Source of the DNA: Verrucomicrobiota bacterium
GTDB taxonomy: Bacteria > Verrucomicrobiota > Verrucomicrobiia > Limisphaerales > Palsa-1400
DNA: 49,244 bases
Assembly (NCBI GenBank): GCA_049510745.1
Contig: JBEKYR010000042.1
Span: forward strand, 1 to 49,244
Reading direction: 5' to 3'
In this document: positions 29,235 through 39,370 of the stretch, piece after piece
Numbering within the stretch: the first letter of the stretch is position 1
How the letters are laid out: every line of letters starts with the position of its first letter
Notes under the pieces: generated by a model
Databases searched by the model: none
What the model was told of the DNA's origin: nothing
What the model saw: only the letters and a program-made list of their open reading frames with translations
Position numbers and translations under genes: made by a program

Positions 29235-29878
29235 GGTTCGCGCAGTTTTTGCAAAAGACTCTCCCGCAGCCGCCGCCGCAAGCGGAGCAGACGCGACTCG
29301 ACCGCTTTTTCCGTCATCCCGCCGCCGGCGGCAAGTTCCCGCACCGTTTCGCCCTCCAGATACTTCCCTTCAATCAGCCCGCGGTCGCCGGGGGTTAATT
29401 CGTCCAGGCACTCTTCCAGCGCCGCGTCCAAGTCGCCGTCGCCGGGCGGCGCCGGCGGGTGGCGGGCGAAGTTTTGCAGAAAATCAAAGTAGCGGCGCTC
29501 TTTGCGTCCGCCGTCGCGGGCGGCGTTGCGGGCCACGGCCTTGAGCCAGCACCAGAAGACCTCCTCGGAATCAAAGCCGCGCGCCGAGCGGGCCACCCGC
29601 ACCAGCGTTTCCTGCAAGGCGTCCCGCGCCTCCTGCTCCCGGCCGCGCGCGACCGCCAGCAGGAACTGATAAAGCCGGTCGAAGTAAAGCTGGTGAAATC
29701 GGACGAACGCCTCCTCGTCGCCCGCCGCCATCCGTCGTGTCAATACTTCGATTGCGTCCGCTGCCGGGGGGTCGCCGGGGATTTCCGCCGCGGAGGGGAG
29801 GCCCGGTAATTTCACCGTCAGCAACGGGTTGGCGGCTGGATTCGGCGCGGTCACGGTCGATTCGTCGTCTGGGGCCAC
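29231..29878 (-). CDS. ECF sigma-70 family RNA polymerase sigma factor
   Basis: AGDEEAFVRF, ARDALQETLVRV, FWCWLKAVARN and TEKAVESRLLRLRRRL. The start is uncertain. Confidence 0.9.
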   Translation of the reverse strand: MAPDDESTVTAPNPAANPLLTVKLPGLPSAAEIPGDPPAADAIEVLTRRMAAGDEEAFVRFHQLYFDRLYQFLLAVARGREQEARDALQETLVRVARSARGFDSEEVFWCWLKAVARNAARDGGRKERRYFDFLQNFARHPPAPPGDGDLDAALEECLDELTPGDRGLIEGKYLEGETVRELAAGGGMTEKAVESRLLRLRRRLRESLLQKLREP

Positions 29879-30681
29879 AGCTTTTTCAACTGGTCCAATT
29901 CAAGCCTGTATTTCTGCAGAGCATCGCCGTAGTCCTGCGCCGCGTGGGCAAATGGGTCGAACCCCCCCGCGCTCCGTGGTTGCTCTCCAGGCAGGGCGCT
30001 GATGATTGTTATGGCCGTCTCCACCGCGGGCGATGAGCCGATGACGATCAGCAAATCCGCCTCCCTGTAAAACCGAAACCTTGGCCAAGAGAGGGAGCCG
30101 AGTTGAGGATCAAGTTCACGTTGCGCCGCTACAGTCTCCTGTACAATTCCTTCGAGCCCGTCCAGATTCCGGCGCAACTGCTCCTCCCACTTGTTGGTGT
30201 CCTGGCACGAGAGCCTGACGTGCTGGATATATCCGGTCAAATTAAAGGCTACGACCCTCGTTTCCGATTTGGGCGGGGACGGTGGCTGGTTGGTTTCAAG
30301 AATGAAAAGAGGCGGCGCCATCTGCATTCCGCTGGGGTGTTGCGTGATAACGAACTTGTTTCCACTGGCCACATTCAGCGCCTTCAAAGTGAGGTCAACG
30401 GGCGCCTCGTGCAATTGCAGATCGCCGATTCTGATTTGGCCCACGTCCTTCCCCATGACGACATTTATGCGTGTGTCCCTCGCCTGCAAAAAGAACACGA
30501 CATTGCTCAACGTGGCCTCGCCATGTCCGGTGTTGTCATAGTACAGTTGGCCGTGGGTTATTTGGATGTCTATTGTCGCGTTATCAGCCTGCTGGGCGCG
30601 GGCCGCTGTCAGCAACGCCATCGCGCACCCAAGGGAGAGGATGCCCGCCAATAAGTTCTGTCGTTTCATTAAAGTATTCAT
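29851..30681 (-). CDS. Secreted protein with secretin/TonB N-terminal-like (STN/N0 and KH-like N) segments
   Basis: Signal peptide. TLSNVVFFLQ..INVVM..DLQLHEAPVDLTLKAL and FYREADLLIVIGSSPAVETAITIISAL. Confidence 0.55.
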   Translation of the reverse strand: MNTLMKRQNLLAGILSLGCAMALLTAARAQQADNATIDIQITHGQLYYDNTGHGEATLSNVVFFLQARDTRINVVMGKDVGQIRIGDLQLHEAPVDLTLKALNVASGNKFVITQHPSGMQMAPPLFILETNQPPSPPKSETRVVAFNLTGYIQHVRLSCQDTNKWEEQLRRNLDGLEGIVQETVAAQRELDPQLGSLSWPRFRFYREADLLIVIGSSPAVETAITIISALPGEQPRSAGGFDPFAHAAQDYGDALQKYRLELDQLKKLWPQTTNRP

Positions 30682-30958
30682 TTCCCATTACACGCCCCGC
30701 GCAGCCAGAATCACGCAAGAAAAATCGCGTGTCAACTCACGAAGGGTCGGAAGCCAAAAATTATTTCCCTTGTCCCGCTCCCGATTCGGGCTTAACCTCT
30801 CCGCCAACGACATCATGAATCCTTGCCTGGATTTGCGCGCCAACGTCACCCTCCTTTGGATGCCGGGCCGCAAAGTCTCGCTGGAAAATCACCACACCCG
30901 GCCCCGCGAAACGGTTCGGAACCGTCCCATGCCCCTTTGAGGGCGATGCCAGGAACAA

Positions 30959-32158
30959 ATGAAAACACTGGTCGCAGACACATTCCCGCCGTCCCACCTT
31001 CACCGCCTGCAACAGATTGGCTGCCAGGTGGATTATCAGCCCTCCGCCACGGCCGAAGACCTCCCTTCGCTGGCGTCTTCCTGCAAAATCCTGCTCGTGC
31101 GCGGCAAACGCGTCACCAGCCGGACGCTCCACGCTTCCCCCCATCTGGCGCTGGTGCTCCGGGCCGGCGCTGGTGTCAACACTATCGATGTCCAGGCCGC
31201 CAGCAGCCGCGGCGTTTTTGTCAGCAATTGTCCCGGCAAGAATTCCATCGCCGTGGCCGAGTTGGTTTTCGCCCTGCTCCTCGCCCTCGACCGCCGCGTC
31301 CCGGATGCCGTCGCCGCCCTCCGCGCCGGACGCTGGAACAAAAAGGAATTTTCCCGCGCCGATGGCGTTTTCGGCAAGAGCCTGGGCGTGATCGGCGTCG
31401 GCTCCATCGGACGCGAGGTCATTCACCGGGCGCGCGCCTTTGGTTTGCGCGTGCTGGCGTGGTCGCCCTCGCTCACGCCCCAACTGGCCGGCCAATTGGG
31501 CGTCGAACGGCGCGACAACGTGGACGACATTTTCCGCGAGGCCGACATCGTCACGCTGCACGTGGCTTTGAAGGCGGAAACGCGCCAATTGGCCAACGCC
31601 TCCCGCCTCGGCCTGATGAAGCCGCGCGCCATCCTCATCAACACTTCCCGCGGCGAGGTCGTGGACCAGGCCGCCTTGCGCCAGGCGCTCGAGTCCAAAC
31701 ACATCCGCGCCGGCCTGGACGTCTTCGATCCCGAGCCGGCCGAAGCCGTGGCCTCCTTCAACGATCCGCTTCTGCAATCGCCCGACCTTTGCGCCACACC
31801 TCACATCGGAGCCTCGACCGAACAGGCGCAAAACGCCATTGCGGACGAAGCCATTCGGGTCATCGAGACCTTCATCAAAACGGGCTTGGTGTTGAACTGC
31901 GTCAACCTGGCCCGCCGCACGCCGGCCCGGTGGCAATTGGTGGTGCGCCACCACGATCGTGTCGGCGTGCTGGCCTTTGTCATGGACCACATCCGCCGCG
32001 CCGGCCTGAACATTGAGGAAGTGCAGAACCTGGTGTTTGACGGCGCGCTGGCCGCCAGTTGCCGCATCCAGTTGGGCGGCGAGCCTCCAGCCTCCCTCCT
32101 CTCAACCATCCAGCAAAACCCCGACATCATCGGCCTGGACCTGCTGCAAATCGGCTGA
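30959..32158 (+). CDS. serA: D-3-phosphoglycerate dehydrogenase-like 2-hydroxyacid dehydrogenase with ACT domain
   Basis: [43 protein letters not shown] and HHDRVGVLA. Confidence 0.8.
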   Translation: MKTLVADTFPPSHLHRLQQIGCQVDYQPSATAEDLPSLASSCKILLVRGKRVTSRTLHASPHLALVLRAGAGVNTIDVQAASSRGVFVSNCPGKNSIAVAELVFALLLALDRRVPDAVAALRAGRWNKKEFSRADGVFGKSLGVIGVGSIGREVIHRARAFGLRVLAWSPSLTPQLAGQLGVERRDNVDDIFREADIVTLHVALKAETRQLANASRLGLMKPRAILINTSRGEVVDQAALRQALESKHIRAGLDVFDPEPAEAVASFNDPLLQSPDLCATPHIGASTEQAQNAIADEAIRVIETFIKTGLVLNCVNLARRTPARWQLVVRHHDRVGVLAFVMDHIRRAGLNIEEVQNLVFDGALAASCRIQLGGEPPASLLSTIQQNPDIIGLDLLQIG

Positions 32159-32282
32159 GGGCGGACAACTCCTTCTCCGGAATATATTTGAGGCGGGGAT
32201 TTGGGCTTGGCGAATGCGGTTTCGCCTTATACAATGGCGGCAAGCAATGGGCGGCAATTTTATCGGGTGCTTGATTAGACCT

Positions 32283-33143
32283 GTGAAAAAAACTTGTTTG
32301 CTCTCGGGTTCAACGAAACCCGGTTCCAGCCGGCGCGGCCCGCCCCCTGGCAAAGTCGGATTCACGCTTATTGAATTGCTGGTGGTCATCGCCATCATTG
32401 CGATCCTGGCGGCGCTGCTGTTGCCAGCCCTGGCCAGGGCCAAAAACCAAGCCCAGACCAGTCAATGCGAGAGCAATATGAAGCAATTGCAAGTTTGCTA
32501 CACCCTGTATGTTGGGGATAACAGTGATCGCCTGCCGCCTAACGAAAGCGAGAGCGCCAACGATACCACCACTAATTCCTGGATAAGCGGCGACGCGCAA
32601 ACGGATGGAACGACGGACAACATCAAGCTCGGCCTGCTCTATCCCTATAATCACTCGGTTGCAATCTATGCTTGCCCGTCCGACACTCTCATGATCCACT
32701 CCGCAGCCCAACCGCCGGCCCATCCGACTCCGTTTGTGGCCCCGCAGACCCGGAGCTGCTCGGTTGACTATGCCATGAATGGAAGCGCCGGCACCGGCGC
32801 CAACCAGTGTTATCGCGGCGTGACTCCCCTCATCAAATTCGCCGAGATCATCAAGCCCGGCCCGGCGCAAAAACTCGTGTTTGTGGATGAGAACGAGTAC
32901 AGTGTTGGCGATGGGTGCTTCGGGCTTAATCCGATTAACTCCGGTGTCAATCAATGGTGGAATCTGGCCGGCAGCCGTCATACCAAAGGCTGCACCTTTT
33001 CCTTGGCCGATGGCCACGCGGAGTATTTGAGATGGCATGGAACCGCCGTGCTCACCTTTAAATCATTCGACCAACCAGCCGATTCGTCGGACGATTTGCC
33101 CCGGGTTCAGAGGTGGACGGTTCTCTATCACGCTTGCCCTTGA
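32283..33143 (+). CDS. Prepilin-type N-terminal cleavage/methylation protein with H-X9-DG domain
   Basis: [23 protein letters not shown] and [14 protein letters not shown]. The GTG start is inferred. Confidence 0.88.
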   Translation: MKKTCLLSGSTKPGSSRRGPPPGKVGFTLIELLVVIAIIAILAALLLPALARAKNQAQTSQCESNMKQLQVCYTLYVGDNSDRLPPNESESANDTTTNSWISGDAQTDGTTDNIKLGLLYPYNHSVAIYACPSDTLMIHSAAQPPAHPTPFVAPQTRSCSVDYAMNGSAGTGANQCYRGVTPLIKFAEIIKPGPAQKLVFVDENEYSVGDGCFGLNPINSGVNQWWNLAGSRHTKGCTFSLADGHAEYLRWHGTAVLTFKSFDQPADSSDDLPRVQRWTVLYHACP

Positions 33144-33296
33144 CAAAACACGCCTGGCGGAGACCCGCCCTCAGGCTGCCTCTGTCCCGACTGCGCCCAT
33201 CGGAACTTGGACTTCATCCTTCATCCTTCTTCCTTTAGTAAATTCCTTCCCACCCGGAGGATTTTTGCTACCTTCATCCCGCCGAAGACGGCAATT

Positions 33297-33686
33297 ATGA
33301 GCGTGTACGACAACTTGAAATTCAATTCCGACGGACTGATTCCCGCCATCGTCCAGGACGCCGCGAACGGACGGGTGCTAATGATGGCGTGGATGAACCG
33401 GGCCTCGCTCGAAACCACCGTGGCCACCGGCAAGACCCACTTCTGGAGCCGGTCCCGCCAAAAATTCTGGATGAAAGGCGAGTCCAGCGGCCACATCCAA
33501 AAGGTCAAGGACATCGCCTTCGATTGCGACGGCGACACGCTCTTGATCCAGGTCGAACAAACCGGCGCCGCCTGCCACGAGGGCTATCGCTCCTGCTTCT
33601 TCCGCTCCTTTCCCGCCGACGGCACCAAGCCGCGCGTGACCGAGGCGCGGTTGCAATCGCCCGAAGAAATCTACGGCAAGAAATGA
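33297..33686 (+). CDS. hisI: Phosphoribosyl-AMP cyclohydrolase
   Basis: [27 protein letters not shown] and [10 protein letters not shown]. There is no HisE domain. Confidence 0.95.
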   Translation: MSVYDNLKFNSDGLIPAIVQDAANGRVLMMAWMNRASLETTVATGKTHFWSRSRQKFWMKGESSGHIQKVKDIAFDCDGDTLLIQVEQTGAACHEGYRSCFFRSFPADGTKPRVTEARLQSPEEIYGKK

Positions 33687-34210
33687 TTGGGGACATCCTT
33701 CCTTTTGCCAGCCGCGCCTATTTCTGGATGCTGGCCCTGCTGCTCTTCGCGCGCGGAATGGATTTCCTGAGCACGTGGGTGGCGACCCCCAACCTGGTGC
33801 TGGAAGGCAATCCGCTGGCGAAAAAAATGGGCTGGAAAATCGGCGCGCTGGTCAACGTCGTGTTCTGCTTCGTCTTCGCCTTTTGGCCCCTGGCGGCCAT
33901 CATCGTGATCACCGCCGGCCTGCTGGTGGCGGCGCACAACTTCCATTCCGCCTGGCTCATGCGCTCGATGGGCGAAGCGGCCTACCGCGACTGGTTTTTG
34001 GAACGCCTGGCCCAAACGCGCCGGCCGTTCTTTTTCGCCTGCCTTTTTGGAGAAACATTGTTGACAGGATTGGTCGGCGCGGCGCTCATGGCCTGCGACG
34101 CGTCCGATTCCATTCCCTTCGCCATTGGCGGCGGCGTCCTGGCCTATGCCGCCATTGTCCTGTTTTACACTTCACTTTCGGTGTGGCGCTTGCGCCGTCG
34201 AATGGAGTAA
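33683..34210 (+). CDS. Hypothetical integral membrane protein
   Basis: Several hydrophobic segments and a DFLSTW..EGNPL motif. It is coupled between hisI and trpE. Confidence 0.75.
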   Translation: MIGDILPFASRAYFWMLALLLFARGMDFLSTWVATPNLVLEGNPLAKKMGWKIGALVNVVFCFVFAFWPLAAIIVITAGLLVAAHNFHSAWLMRSMGEAAYRDWFLERLAQTRRPFFFACLFGETLLTGLVGAALMACDASDSIPFAIGGGVLAYAAIVLFYTSLSVWRLRRRME

Positions 34211-34220
34211 GAAGAAACCT

Positions 34221-35738
34221 GTGTATTATCCGACCCAAGACGAGTTTTTGCGGTGGGCCGGCCAGGGTAACCTGGTCCCGGTGACCCGCCGCATTCTGGC
34301 CGACCTGGAAACGCCCCTCTCGGCCTATCGCAAGATTCGCGGCCAGGGCGAGTCCTTCCTCTTTGAATCCGTCGAGGGCGGCGAGCACATCGGGCGCTAC
34401 TCCTTTGTCGGCTGCAATCCCCGCGCCGTCATCAAGCAGACCGGCCCGCAAGTCGAACTGATCGAAAATGGCCGGGTCGTTGAAAGTTTCACCGTCGGCC
34501 CGGACGGCCCCAAAGCGGTCAAGGACGGCTTGGTCGTGGTCGAGGAGGTCATGCGCCGCTATCGGCCCGTCACCCTGCCCGGCTTGCCCCGCTTCAGCGG
34601 CGGCGCGGTCGGTTTCATCGGCTACGAATTTATTCACGACATCGAACCCGTCGTGCCCCGTCCGCCCCGGGACGACTTGAAAACGCCGGTGATGTATTTC
34701 CTCATCGCGGACCAACTGCTGGTCTTCGACCGCGTGGCGCAAACCATCACCGTCGTGGTCAACGCCGTCCTCAACGGGCAGCCGCCGGCGGAGGCCTATG
34801 AGGAGGCGGTGGCGGAGATCGAGCGCCTGGTCTCGCTCCTGGAACAACCTTCGCAGAATCTGCCCGTCGATGTCCCGCGCGACACTCCGGCAGTCCCTGT
34901 TTCTTCCAACCTGACCAAGGAGGCTTTCATGGCCAATGTCGAGCGGGCCAGAAAATACATCACGGCCGGCGACATCATTCAGGTGGTCGGCTCGCACCGG
35001 TTTTCGACCCCGTTCACCGCGCCGCCGGTGGACCTCTACCGCGCCGCCCGCTCCATCAACCCCTCCCCTTACATGTTTTTGCTCGAACTGGACGGCTTTT
35101 CCCTCGTGGGCGCTTCGCCGGAAGTCCACGTCCGTTGCGAAGACCGCCGCGTCGAAATCCGCCCCATCGCCGGCACCCGCCGGCGCGGCCAGACGCCCGA
35201 CGAAGACCAGGCGCTGGAGAAAGAATTGCTGGCCGACCCGAAGGAACGGGCCGAACACGTCATGCTCGTGGACCTGGCCCGCAACGACCTCGGGCGCGTC
35301 TGCGATTTTGGCACCGTGCGCGTGCGGGACTTGATGGTGATCGAGCGTTACAGCCACGTCATGCACATTGTCTCGCACGTCGAAGGCCGCCTCTCCGCCG
35401 GCCGCACGCCTTACGATCTGATGCGCGCGACCTTCCCCGCCGGCACCTTGAGCGGCGCGCCCAAAATCCGCGCCATGCAGATCATTTCCGAACTGGAACA
35501 GACCGTCCGCGGGCCTTACGGCGGATGCGTCGGTTATTTTTCCTTTAACGGCAACCTGGACTCCTGCATCACCATCCGCACCGCCTTGCTCAAGGACGGC
35601 GCCGCCTACGTCCAGGCCGGCGGCGGCTGGGTCAACGATTCGACCCCCGAAGGCGAGTTCCAGGAAACAGTCAACAAATCCAAAGCCATGTTGTCGGCCG
35701 TGGCCATGGCGCAGGACTTTTCCCGCCGCCCCTCGTAA
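34221..35738 (+). CDS. trpE: Anthranilate synthase component I
   Basis: ADLETPLSAY, FLFESVEGG..GRYSF, NPSPYM, PIAGTRRRG, KERAEHVMLVDLARND and GTLSGAPKIRAM. Confidence 0.93.
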   Translation: MYYPTQDEFLRWAGQGNLVPVTRRILADLETPLSAYRKIRGQGESFLFESVEGGEHIGRYSFVGCNPRAVIKQTGPQVELIENGRVVESFTVGPDGPKAVKDGLVVVEEVMRRYRPVTLPGLPRFSGGAVGFIGYEFIHDIEPVVPRPPRDDLKTPVMYFLIADQLLVFDRVAQTITVVVNAVLNGQPPAEAYEEAVAEIERLVSLLEQPSQNLPVDVPRDTPAVPVSSNLTKEAFMANVERARKYITAGDIIQVVGSHRFSTPFTAPPVDLYRAARSINPSPYMFLLELDGFSLVGASPEVHVRCEDRRVEIRPIAGTRRRGQTPDEDQALEKELLADPKERAEHVMLVDLARNDLGRVCDFGTVRVRDLMVIERYSHVMHIVSHVEGRLSAGRTPYDLMRATFPAGTLSGAPKIRAMQIISELEQTVRGPYGGCVGYFSFNGNLDSCITIRTALLKDGAAYVQAGGGWVNDSTPEGEFQETVNKSKAMLSAVAMAQDFSRRPS

Positions 35739-36631
35739 TGCGCTCGCTTCTTTTCCTGCTCCTGGCGCTCGCCTGGCAGACAGGGTTCGGGCGGGTTCTG
35801 GACAACCAACTGCTTGACTCGCATCACCTCGGATGCGCCCGCGTCTATCGCGTCTATTTGCCGCCCTCTTATGATCAGGACCAGACACGCCGCTATCCGG
35901 TGCTCTACCTGCAGGACGGCCAGAACGTTTTCAGCACCGCCGGAACCAACGCCGCCTTCGGCTGGGGCAGTTGGGCGCTGGACACAACGGCTGACCGCCT
36001 TGCCGACGAGGGGAAAATGCCCGAAATCATCATGGTGGCCGTCGATAACAGCCCGGCGCGCCTGGTCGAATACGCCGGCCCGTCGCGCGACACCAACGCG
36101 CCCAACACCGCCTTCGGGAAATACGCCGCCTTTCTCGTCACCGAACTCAAACCAATGATTGACGGCAAATACCGCACCCTGCCCGGCCCGGCGGACACCG
36201 CGGTGATGGGGTCGTCGCTGGGCGGAGTGTGCAGCCTGGCGCTGGGCTGGGAACACCCGGACGTCTTCGGCGGCGCGGCCAGTTTATCCGGCTCGTTCAT
36301 GCCCAAATACACCGACTTCCTCGCTCTCCTGCGCGCTTCTCAGGGTCCCGCCAAACCCCTCCGCATCTACCTGGATTCCGGGGCGACGGATTTCATGGGT
36401 GGAGACGACGGCCGCGCCATGACCGGGGAAGTCGCCGCCGAACTTCGGCGCCTCGGCTGGAAGGACGATCTCAAGACCTATGTGGATGCCAAGCCGCTGA
36501 CGCCGTTGGAACTGGAGAAGACGGGCCTGCGTCGGGACAAATGGAGCGAAGCGGAAACCAGCCAGCACAACGAATTTTACTGGCGCCAGCGCGCCTGGCG
36601 GGCGCTGACATTTTTATTTCCGCCGCAGTAA
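35738..36631 (+). CDS. Secreted alpha/beta-hydrolase (putative esterase family)
   Basis: VYLPPSY, YPVLYLQDGQN, MGSSLGG (GxSxG) and HNEFYW. Confidence 0.88.
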   Translation: MRSLLFLLLALAWQTGFGRVLDNQLLDSHHLGCARVYRVYLPPSYDQDQTRRYPVLYLQDGQNVFSTAGTNAAFGWGSWALDTTADRLADEGKMPEIIMVAVDNSPARLVEYAGPSRDTNAPNTAFGKYAAFLVTELKPMIDGKYRTLPGPADTAVMGSSLGGVCSLALGWEHPDVFGGAASLSGSFMPKYTDFLALLRASQGPAKPLRIYLDSGATDFMGGDDGRAMTGEVAAELRRLGWKDDLKTYVDAKPLTPLELEKTGLRRDKWSEAETSQHNEFYWRQRAWRALTFLFPPQ

Positions 36632-36675
36632 GGTCCGCGCTCTGCACTCTGCATTTTGTGTTCCGCGCTTGTATT

Positions 36676-36759
36676 TGGTGCGCGAGAGAGGACTCGAACC
36701 TCCACCCCTTGCGGGACCAGATCCTAAGTCTGGCGTGTCTGCCATTCCACCACTCGCGC
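36676..36759 (-). tRNA. tRNA-Leu (anticodon TAG)
   Basis: GCGCGAG acceptor stem, CCAGA-CTTAGGA-TCTGG anticodon arm, long variable arm, GGTTCGAGTCC T-arm and encoded CCA. Confidence 0.97.
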
Positions 36760-37092
36760 CTCCATAATTACCAATTGGTTGCAACAACAATTCACTTTTC
36801 CGCCGTTCATCGCCCTGCAACATATCAAAAAGTCTCTGACGGGCGCAAGCGGCCAATACGCGGGCTTTGGCGCCGCAATGCATGCTCTGCCGCGTACCAC
36901 CGGTCACAAGGCCAGGAAAACGGGGCAGTGAGTTGATCGGTTGATCGTTAGGTCCCATTTAAGGCTTGATTTGGGATGCTGGTGGCGACATCTTCCGTGG
37001 CAGATGAAACGGGACCCCTTGAAGGTCGTCGCGCTACCGCCTGTCTTCCGGGTTTGGATGCTGTGTGAGTTCCGCTTGAAATGATGTCGTTT

Positions 37093-37662
37093 ATGAAAAC
37101 ATCTTTAGGTGCAAAGACCCTTGTTTACCCGACGCCGGTGTTTGTGGTGGGAACCTACGACAAAGAGGGCAAGCCGAACGTGATGACCGCCTCGTGGGGC
37201 GGCATCTGCTGCTCCCAACCGCCTTGCGTTGCGGTGTCCCTGCGAAAGGCGACGTACACTCACGGCAACATTCTGGCACGGAAGGCCTTCACCCTCAGCA
37301 TTCCGTCCGAGGATCACGTCCGACAGGCGGATTATTTCGGGTTGGTTTCCGGCAGAAGCGGGGATAAGTTCGCGGCCACGAAGCTGACGCCGGTGAGAAG
37401 CGAACTGGTGGATGCCCCGTATGTAAAGGAGTTCTCTTTGATCGTGGAATGCAAGCTGGCCCACGTCTTCGAACTGGGACTGCACACGCAGTTCGTCGGC
37501 GAGGTCATGGACGTGAAAGCTGAAGACAGCGTGATGGCAAAGGAAGGCTTGCTTGACATCATCAAGGTCAAACCACTGGTGTTTGCGCCGGACACGCAGG
37601 CTTATTACGGAATCGGCAAATTCGTGGGCCAGGCGTTCTCGGTCGGTCGCGCATTTGAATAA
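37093..37662 (+). CDS. Flavin reductase family protein (flavoredoxin-like)
   Basis: [31 protein letters not shown] and HTQFVGEV. An alternative ATG is at 37081. Confidence 0.9.
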   Translation: MKTSLGAKTLVYPTPVFVVGTYDKEGKPNVMTASWGGICCSQPPCVAVSLRKATYTHGNILARKAFTLSIPSEDHVRQADYFGLVSGRSGDKFAATKLTPVRSELVDAPYVKEFSLIVECKLAHVFELGLHTQFVGEVMDVKAEDSVMAKEGLLDIIKVKPLVFAPDTQAYYGIGKFVGQAFSVGRAFE

Positions 37663-37732
37663 ACGTAAATGCGTTCCTCCAGCGGGGACTGGAAAAGAAC
37701 TTGCTGAAATGCTCCCCCTCCGTCCTGTGCCG

Positions 37733-37981
37733 TCAGACAGGCACATCCAACGCGACGTCCACTGTGATCAATGGGCTTCTCAAAAAGTCCTTTAAACCTC
37801 GGTGGGTTCGCATTTCTTGAACCGTGCCCTTTCGCTCCTGATGAGGAGACGCGGGTTGATCGAAAAAGTGCGCCTCGGTCACCAAGAGCATTCGCTTGAC
37901 TCCTTTTGGAAGAGTTTGAAACCCCGGATAATTCAATATGGTCGTGTTCATTTGCTGCGCCGCGTGCAATGTGGTGTTCAT
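37733..37981 (-). CDS. Small hypothetical protein (about 82 aa), likely sigma54-dependent
   Basis: The ATG at 37981 is preceded by AAAGGTG and by a consensus sigma54 promoter 35 nt upstream. Confidence 0.6.
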   Translation of the reverse strand: MNTTLHAAQQMNTTILNYPGFQTLPKGVKRMLLVTEAHFFDQPASPHQERKGTVQEMRTHRGLKDFLRSPLITVDVALDVPV

Positions 37982-38015
37982 ATACACCTTTGTTTAATAA
38001 CCCACGCCACGTGTA

Positions 38016-38031
38016 TGCAATTGCCGTGCCA
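38016..38031 (-). promoter_or_regulatory. Sigma54 (-24/-12) promoter
   Basis: The minus strand reads TGGCACG-GCAA-TTGCA, a full match to TGGCACG-N4-TTGCW. Confidence 0.8.
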
Positions 38032-38290
38032 ACCGCGTAAGCATCCGCTTTCACGAGGCAAGCGGCTGTTTTTCCCTCACTCAATATACCCCACAGATGC
38101 GCAAGGGTTGCACTGGACTGCGCAAAAGCCGGCGCTATTGCTGCACCACCCAATCTCCGGTTGGAGCCCAAGCCTCCGGGTGCGGCTGGTTGTCCCGAGT
38201 CCTGTTATCGGGTTGTTCTCTTGCCGAAGGAGCGCGCGGCCTTTCAAAAAGCAATCGCCTTCCGTCGCGGACCCGGCCATCCTGTTGCCG

Positions 38291-38731
38291 GTGAAACGTC
38301 TCTTGTGCAATGTGCCGATCTTTGCGGGACTTGACGACCAGGCCATGAAGATTTTTTTGGAGCACGCCAAAAGAATAAAAATCCCGGCCGGCGGAGTGAT
38401 CGCGCGGGAAGGGGAAGCCAATCACTGCATGTACCTGATCGAGGCCGGTGAGGTGCGCATCATCACGAACTTCAACACGCCGGACGCCGTCACGCTGGCG
38501 GTGCTCGGGGCGGGAGAGTTCTTTGGCGAAATGTGCATCTTGGACACGCAGCCCCGTTCCGCCACGGGAGTAGCCGCCGGCCAGGCCACGGTGGTCAGCG
38601 TGGCTTCCTCCGCCTTTTACCATCTTTACCAGGAGATGCCCAAACAACACAGCATCCTGCTCCTGAACATCGCCCGCGATCTCTCGCGTCGGCTGCGCCA
38701 TCTGGATGCGGTCTTCGCCGCCCGCCATTAG
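38291..38731 (+). CDS. Stand-alone cyclic-nucleotide-binding domain protein
   Basis: VPIFAGL, REGE..MYLIEAGEV and GEFFGEMCILDTQPRSAT. There is no HTH, and the start is inferred. Confidence 0.85.
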   Translation: MKRLLCNVPIFAGLDDQAMKIFLEHAKRIKIPAGGVIAREGEANHCMYLIEAGEVRIITNFNTPDAVTLAVLGAGEFFGEMCILDTQPRSATGVAAGQATVVSVASSAFYHLYQEMPKQHSILLLNIARDLSRRLRHLDAVFAARH

Positions 38732-38977
38732 CCCCGCTGCGGCGGCTCGGGCTGGCCCTCGAACTCGAACAGATCGTCGAGCGCAATCGTGACCGACTGC
38801 ACGGCGACGCGCGTGGCGAAACGCCCCTGATTCGGCGAAACCATACTTTGCGTTCGAGTTTTGCGGCAGTCGCCCAGCCGTCCACAATCGCGTTCACGGT
38901 TGCCCGTCGTTTGGCTCCGTTGCCATCGGCTCCCGCCTGTGGTATTCCAAACCCATGATTTTCGTGCCCGAACACCC

Positions 38978-39325
38978 ATGAGCGCGATTCGGACCTACAA
39001 CGTTGAAGCCGGATTGCCGGCTCTCGATGATGCGCGGCGGCTGGTCATTACGGCAATCAAACAGGCGAAGCGCGACGGGGCGCGAGTGCTGAAAGTCATT
39101 CACGGCTACGGTTCTTCGGGCAAGGGCGGGGCGCTCTGCATCGGGCTGCGGAAATCGTTCGGCCTGCGCAAAAAGGAAGGAATCATCAAGGCGTTCATCG
39201 CGGGCGAAGACTTCTCGATCTTCAATGCGATGACGCTGGACTTGCTGGAAGCGGTGCCGGAATTGCGCGGCGACCCGGATTTGGGCGCCACTAACGAGGG
39301 TGTCACTGTCCTGTGGCTGAAGTGA
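38978..39325 (+). CDS. Stand-alone Smr/MutS2 domain protein
   Basis: VLKVIHGYGSSGKGG and a terminal NEGVTVLWL. Confidence 0.82.
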   Translation: MSAIRTYNVEAGLPALDDARRLVITAIKQAKRDGARVLKVIHGYGSSGKGGALCIGLRKSFGLRKKEGIIKAFIAGEDFSIFNAMTLDLLEAVPELRGDPDLGATNEGVTVLWLK

Positions 39326-39370
39326 ATTGCTTGGTAAATCAGTCCAGGCAATCGTGTCAAACGCATTCGT

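Noticed and set aside
5373..38731. Functional link between the pseudo-cyclase and the stand-alone cNMP-binding protein
   Set aside because: They are 33 kb apart with no shared context.
38728..38979. 83-aa minus-strand ORF between the cNMP and Smr genes
   Set aside because: No motif or RBS support. At most it is a gene fragment.
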